Shown here piece by piece: positions 10,638 through 15,953 of a stretch of 15,953 nucleotides of DNA. The number at the start of each line of letters is the position of its first letter. Position 1 is the stretch's first letter. Source of the stretch: Salpingoeca rosetta (lineage: Eukaryota; Protista; Choanoflagellata); the NCBI GenBank assembly GCA_033442325.1, contig JAWQFM010000002.1:2824354-2840306 (forward strand), read 5' to 3'. The translations under genes and the position numbers were made by a program. Below the pieces are notes generated by a model. That model did not search any database. It was not told the DNA's origin and saw nothing but the letters and a program-made list of their open reading frames with translations.

Positions 10638-12178
10638 CTATCCCTGATACCACTGCCACTGCTGTTGCTGGGTGTACGGCGTGTGCGAAGCGTGCTGGTA
10701 TTGTTGCTGCATGTGCGGTGGTGGCTGTTGCCGAACGAAGGCTTGCGTGTGGGGATAGTGCGGCTGCTGCTGCATGTGTTGCTGCATGTGTTGCTGTTGT
10801 TGCATCGGCTGTTGCTGTTGCATGTGTTGCTGTTGTTGCATTGGCTGTTGTTGCTGCATGTGTTGCTGTTGTTGCATTGGCTGTTGCTGTTGCATGTGTT
10901 GCTGTTGTTGCATTAGCTGTTGTTGTTGCATGTGCTGTTGCTGTTGCATTGGTTGGTGTTGTTGCATTGGTTGGTGTTGTTGCATTGGCTGTTGTTGTTG
11001 CATTGGCTGTAGTTGTTGCATTGGTTGGTGTTGTTGCATGGGCTGAGGCATGAGTCCTCCACCGCCAAATCCAATTGGTTGCTGCCGTTGCTGCTGCTGT
11101 TGCTGCTGCTGCATGGGATGCGTGGGTATGAGCGCTGGCTTGGCCGCTTGCAGAGCAGGCATGTGCAGTTGCTGCACCTGATGCGGTTGGTGCGATGGCA
11201 CCGGTTGGGTCTGTCGTGGTGGCGGCGGCGTTGCAATGAGAGGCGTTCGCGTCTGCATAAGCGGCCCCCCTGACGGTGCAGGCAGCAGCCCCGATGGCAA
11301 TGACGACGGCGGTTGCGATGGCACCGGTGCAGCGCTGGGTACAGGTGGTCCGAGCAACGACGCACCGCCACCGCCACCGCCACCGCCAGCAATTGCGCCC
11401 ACGGCTTGCTGCATGGGCGCTGCTCCCATTAACCCTTGTCGTGGTCTCCGCTGCTGATGCTGGTGTTGCTGTTGGCGTTGGGGCTGGTTGGTGTACTGTT
11501 GAGAAAAGCGACCAGCAAACGCTGCGAGTTGCGGGGCTGACGACGATGACGACGATGACGACGACGATGGCTGATGGCGGTGGGTTGTTGTCTTCTGTGG
11601 CCGCGATGGTGTGCTCCTCTTGCCCCGCTTGGCTGCGTTTGCTGAGGAGACGCAAGAGAGAAAGGCGATGCAAGAATATGCACACGTGTACGTGCGTGTG
11701 CGTGTGCGTGTGTGTGTGCGTGTGCGTGTGTGTGTGCGTATGTGTGTACGTGTGCGTACGTGTGCGAGTGAGTGCGAGTGAGTGCGAGTGAGTGCGAGTG
11801 AGTGTGCGAGTGAGTGTGCGAGTGAGTGTGTGCGTGTGTGCGAGGGTTCATATCGCGTGTGTGCAACTTGTGTGTTGACAATCATGCGAACAAACAAACA
11901 ACCACACCAAACACAATAGCACACACATCCTTGCGTGTCCTCACATTCGAGCGCGCCATGAGTTGCGTCGGCATCACCGTCGTCATCATCATCGTCATCA
12001 TCATCTGCCTTCTTCTTCTTGCGCGATTTCTTCGCTTCCCGCCGGTGCTTGGCCTCCTCCTCGTCGTCGCTGAAGTCAAGCGCCTGGTTGACACAGAGAA
12101 ACACACGCACGCACACACACACACAGAAAGATACACAGACAGACAGACAGACAGACAGACAGATAGACAGAGACAGTC

Positions 12179-12209
<31 letters not shown>

Positions 12210-13560
12210 TAGACAGAGACAGTCAGACAGACAGAGTAGAGTGTGTGATGTTATTTGTATGTGAGTGTGAGAGAGAGAAAACGTGCAAAGTGATCCACTC
12301 ACGAAATAACAACTCCACCAACCACAACTTCATCAACAAACAACAACAGCAGCAACAACCGCAGCCATGGGCATGTGTGCACGTTTTCTGGCGGCTCTTC
12401 GTCGTGGAACCAGGACGCATCGCTGCCTTTCATCCTGGGATGGAAAGCGAGCAGCAGAGGTGTTGTGCACGTGAGTTCGAAGCATTCTGAGTACAGGCCA
12501 AAGGTGGCAATTTCTGCATGACTGCAAAAATAAGAGTCCGAATACACATTGAGGATTGCCGGGCACGAATCGCACATGTACATGAACGCACGCACACACA
12601 AACAGACACACACAGGCTCTCACAAACAAACAAACAAATAAACAAACAAACAACAAACAAACACACACACACAAACAACAAACAAACAAACACACAAAAC
12701 AAACACACACACACACAAACAACAAACAAACAAACAAACACACAAAACAAACAAACAAACAAACAACAAACAACAAACAAACAAATACACAAACACACAA
12801 CAAACAACAAACAAACAAATACACAAACACACAAAACAAACAAACAAACAAACAAACAAACACACACGCACACACGCATGCTCACTTTCGGAGCTCTTCG
12901 GTTGGAACGGGCTTTGCCAAATCATCGCGTTCCACAGCAGCAAAGATGGGCTGACCCTTGGCAATCTGAACCAACCACAAAGCAGCGTAACATGATCATG
13001 TGCGAATGTGTATGTTTGAGTTTGAGGTGTGTGAGGTGGATTATTATGACGTCATGAGTATGTGCGTGTGTGTACATGTAGTGAGCCCAAACCTTCAAAG
13101 ACCCTGATCGATGTGTGCTTGCAGGCACTTGACTGACCTGCTTCTGCTTGATGGCATCGCTGGAGGGAAAGCGGACGACGTAGTATGGCTCATCCACGCG
13201 TCCAAACACCTCAAACACCTGGCAAATGACGATGTGTTCATGCGCGTGAGTGTTTGGCTGTGTGGGAGTGCGAAGAAAGGGAAGAAGAACAATAACAGCG
13301 CGTGTTTGCGTACAAACCACTGTTCACAGTGTGCACTAACGAAAGCAGAGGTCATTAACACTCACACTCACACTCACACACTCACACACAATCAAACACA
13401 CGCACCCACACTCACACTCACTCACTCACACAATCACACACGCACCCACACTCACACTCACTCACACACAATCACACACATTCACACACACACACAATCA
13501 CACACACACGCACACGCACACGCACGCACACACGCACACACGCACACACACACACACACA

Positions 13561-13629
<69 letters not shown>

Positions 13630-13761
13630 CGCCACCTTGCCCAGCGGAGAGCGGTCTTCGCGCCAGAGAACGGAGCCGACATCAAGCGCTTCAGTGCTGC
13701 CGTTGGAGACGACAACCTTCTCAAAGTGAAAGTAGCACAACAACAGCGCACGCAACACCAT
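10638..13761 (-). CDS. NAF1: H/ACA ribonucleoprotein assembly factor NAF1 (Gar1/Naf1 domain), about 493 aa, 6 exons; start codon uncertain
   Basis: Exons complement(13636-13761, 13138-13218, 12886-12965, 12383-12434, 11945-12083, 10638-11641), GT-AG with phases 0,0,2,0,1 consistent. Spliced ..ALDVGSVLWREDRSPLGK|VFEVFGRVDEPYYVVRFPSSDAIKQKQ|IAKGQPIFAAVERDDLAKPVPTEELRK|MKGSDASWFHDEEPPEN|ALDFSDDEEEAKHRR.. matches NAF1 motifs (G.v.EvFG.V..PyY.vRF; KGSDASW..D.EPP; FSDDE.E), followed by a P/Q-rich tail. The ATG at 13761 is the nearest in-frame start. Confidence 0.92.
10764..11046 (-). repeat. Coding 18-bp tandem repeat, (P/H/L)MQQ(Q/H/L)Q about 14-16 times, in the last NAF1 exon
   Basis: Translation QPMQQHQPMQQLQPMQQQQPMQQHQ..HMQQQQPMQQQQHMQQ; the DNA period is 18 bp. 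Confidence 0.9.
12135..12235. repeat. (GACA)n tetranucleotide microsatellite in a NAF1 intron
   Basis: Read directly. Confidence 0.9.
12621..12873. repeat. Degenerate (CAAA)n low-complexity tract in a NAF1 intron
   Basis: About 250 bp made almost entirely of A and C. Confidence 0.9.
13359..13628. repeat. (CACT)/(CA)n compound microsatellite in NAF1 intron 1
   Basis: Read directly. Confidence 0.9.
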
Positions 13762-13988
13762 CACCACCAGCGCAGGTTGTCCTCTTCGTCCGGTCCACTG
13801 CTGAAAATCAGCCGGAAACTTTAACAAATCGCCAATACTTGCACCCACCAAAACACACACGACACTGCGCACACACAACACTCACTGCACACACAACACT
13901 CACTTACACACACCCACACACACACACACACACTCTCTCTCTCACTACACACAGCACTCACACACTCACTGCACACACACACACACTC

Positions 13989-15839
13989 ATGAAAAGGCTC
14001 AGGATAGCGCTGATTGGGAGCTCTGGTGGTGGGGTGGGCAACGTTGGACGCGAAGCGCAGGATGTGGTGCAATGTGTCGAACAGGAGCTGCGACGATGCG
14101 ACATGCACCTTGTCTCGCTCCTCCTCGTTATGACAGACCAGCCCTTTGACTCTGTCGCCAAAGCAACGCCGCCAACGGCCGGTACACATGCCGTGATGAC
14201 AAACCACTGCGAAGAAGACATGCCACAGCAGCAAGCAGCAGATGCCCTGCATGCAGCCCTGCTGTGGGAACTGGAGACCGACGCCAAACATCCTTCTTCC
14301 GCCGCTACTGTTCCACCCCCACTGCCTTCGACAAACCCCACCGCCGTTTGTACATACAGAGGCGCCCTCGCGCAAGCGAATGAGCGCGCTCGCCAGGCCG
14401 ACGCCGCCCTTGCGCGGCACATTGCAGCAGGCCACATTGATGCGGTCATCACGCTGTCCAGCGACCCCCTCAACGTCAACAGTCGCACAATCAAGGCATG
14501 CATCCAGGCACGCGTCCCTGTTGTCGGCACCGGCGGCACATCTGTGAGCGAGATCACGCTTGCAGGTGCGCGTGTCATCGGCATGTCCGGTGGTTCCGTG
14601 GCCACCACGCCACTCACTCTCGCGGCCTCCAATACTTCGGCGCTGGCAGCCCACTTTGGTCGCGTGTACACGCCGCCCGTTCGCGTGCGCCTGGCCGCGT
14701 ACCACTCCGTGCTGGACGCCACCCTCCCAATTGTCTTGGGAATCTCGCTCGTCTGCGTGCTCGTGACAACACCAGCTCTCCTCCAGCCACACCAAGAGCA
14801 CCAGCACCAACACCAACACCAACAGCCGCAGCAGGACAACTCCGGCTTTGAAGCAGCCCACGGCCTTGATGATATCATGCCTGCCATCGCTCACATCAAT
14901 TTCCAGCAGGTGATGGCATTGATAGCACGTGCGACCAACAGTGCAGCGGCAGCGCTGACCATGGCCCCCACGGTCGCTGCGGGTGTGCTCACGGCCACCC
15001 AGCACCGTTACGTGGGTGTGGAGGCAATCCTTGCTTGCATTGTCGCGTGCGCGTGCGGACCAGACAACCTTGCCGCCGGCGTTGTGTCTGCTGCACTCGT
15101 GTGTGCACTGCTCCCTCGCGTCTCGGCCGTCCTGGCCCGGCTGGGCTGCCCCGCCACCGCCACCGCCATCACCGCGTGTCCCATCACGGGGGTTGCGGCC
15201 GGCACCACAGCTGCGTTCATATCCGCAATCACTGCGGCTGTTGTTCTGCAGTGGCCATTGGGGGCGACGCTGGCGTTTGCACGCGGACCAACAGCACAGG
15301 CGCTGCTTTTCTCGCCACTTGCTGCTGCCGGCATTGTGGGCGCAGCCGTGGGCGTGTTCACCCGCTACGCGGCAAATGTTGGATGGTATCACTACTTTAT
15401 TTTGCCTCTCATCCTCTTGGAGATGCAAGGGCGACAGCAGCTGCTCCTGAGAGGCATTGGTGATGGTGGTGGTGGTGCTGCTGCTGCCAGCGTTGATGGC
15501 GTGGGTGCAGATGCGTTCGTTGTTGCAATCACTCGAATTCTCGATGCCCTGGTCATTCGCAGCAGCGGTGAGCAGGGGGTGGACAGCGCAAGGGACGGCT
15601 ATGATGGTCGTGGTGGCGCTGCTGGTGTTGGCGCTGCGCAGGGAACGCTGTCGTTGTTGGGTGCACATGATCTGTGTGCTTTATGTATGACAAGCGCAGG
15701 CGTGTGTGCAGGGGTGCTGGTGCGAAGCAAGCTGCCATCATGGTCGTCGTGCGTGATGAGGAGACCAACTCACCTCTCCCACAACACCGCCACCAACAAG
15801 GGCAACAACAACAACAAGAGCTGCAACAACAAGGGCTGC

Positions 15840-15922
<83 letters not shown>

Positions 15923-15953
15923 CGGACCGACAACAACAACAACAACAACAACA
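13989..15953 (+). CDS. Bacterial-type 'PTS sugar transporter'-like membrane protein (N-terminal soluble alpha/beta domain plus EIIC-like polytopic domain); 3' end outside the window
   Basis: Manually translated: 655 codons from ATG 13989 with no stop, so it is missing from the ORF track. MKRLRIALIGSSGGGVG..TDQPFDS..YRGALAQANERARQADAALARHIAAGHIDAVITLSSDPLNVNSRTIKACIQARVPVVGTGGTSVSEITLAGARVIGMSGGSVATT..SALAAHFGRVYTP, then several hydrophobic helices, ..GCPATATAI..VGWYHYFILPLILLEM..LSLLGAHDLCALCMTSAG. The motif order matches my recollection of bacterial proteins annotated PTS sugar transporter (IAxLGSSGG, IDGxIxxSxDP, PxVGTGGTS, GxYHxxILPLxLLEM, SFLGAxDxxxLxMxxAG). The ORF is certain; the family call is recalled, not searched. 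Confidence 0.82.
15804..15953 (+). repeat. (AAC)n trinucleotide tract, in frame as poly-Asn (28 consecutive N at 15840-15923), then GP and poly-Thr
   Basis: Read directly in the frame of the 13989 ORF. Confidence 0.9.

Noticed and set aside
10630-11685. Thr/Ala-rich mucin- or antifreeze-like ORF (NATT repeats), plus Cys-rich and Val/Ala-rich ORFs on the opposite strand
   Set aside because: Alternative frames of the NAF1 CAA/CAG repeat; the splice phase at 11945/11641 selects the Gln/Pro frame.
13821-15668. 615-aa minus-strand ORF (and 309-aa ORF 13958-14887)
   Set aside because: Antisense shadows of the plus-strand ORF from 13989, which has coherent motifs and hydrophobic helices.

Overview
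Eukaryotic, intron-rich, CA/TG-microsatellite-rich genomic DNA with three 100-N assembly gaps. The style resembles the choanoflagellate Salpingoeca rosetta (inference from sequence style only). Positions 1-7500 hold no confident gene: possible degenerate exon relics, an 11-unit 55-75 bp minisatellite array (about 5050-5775) and a CTAG-palindrome cluster. Positions 7793-15953 hold four genes in two head-to-head pairs. These are a complete 4-exon TRM112 (minus), the first three exons of mitochondrial translation initiation factor IF2 (plus, lost at an assembly gap), a 6-exon NAF1 with a Q-rich hexapeptide array (minus), and a 655-codon uninterrupted plus-strand ORF from 13989 that runs off the window and is absent from the ORF track. 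That last protein resembles bacterial 'PTS sugar transporter' proteins (soluble N-terminal domain fused to an EIIC-like membrane domain). It is the best candidate for something unusual: a probably horizontally acquired PTS-type permease in a eukaryote, where the canonical PTS relay is not known. Family assignments come from motif recall, not from database searches.
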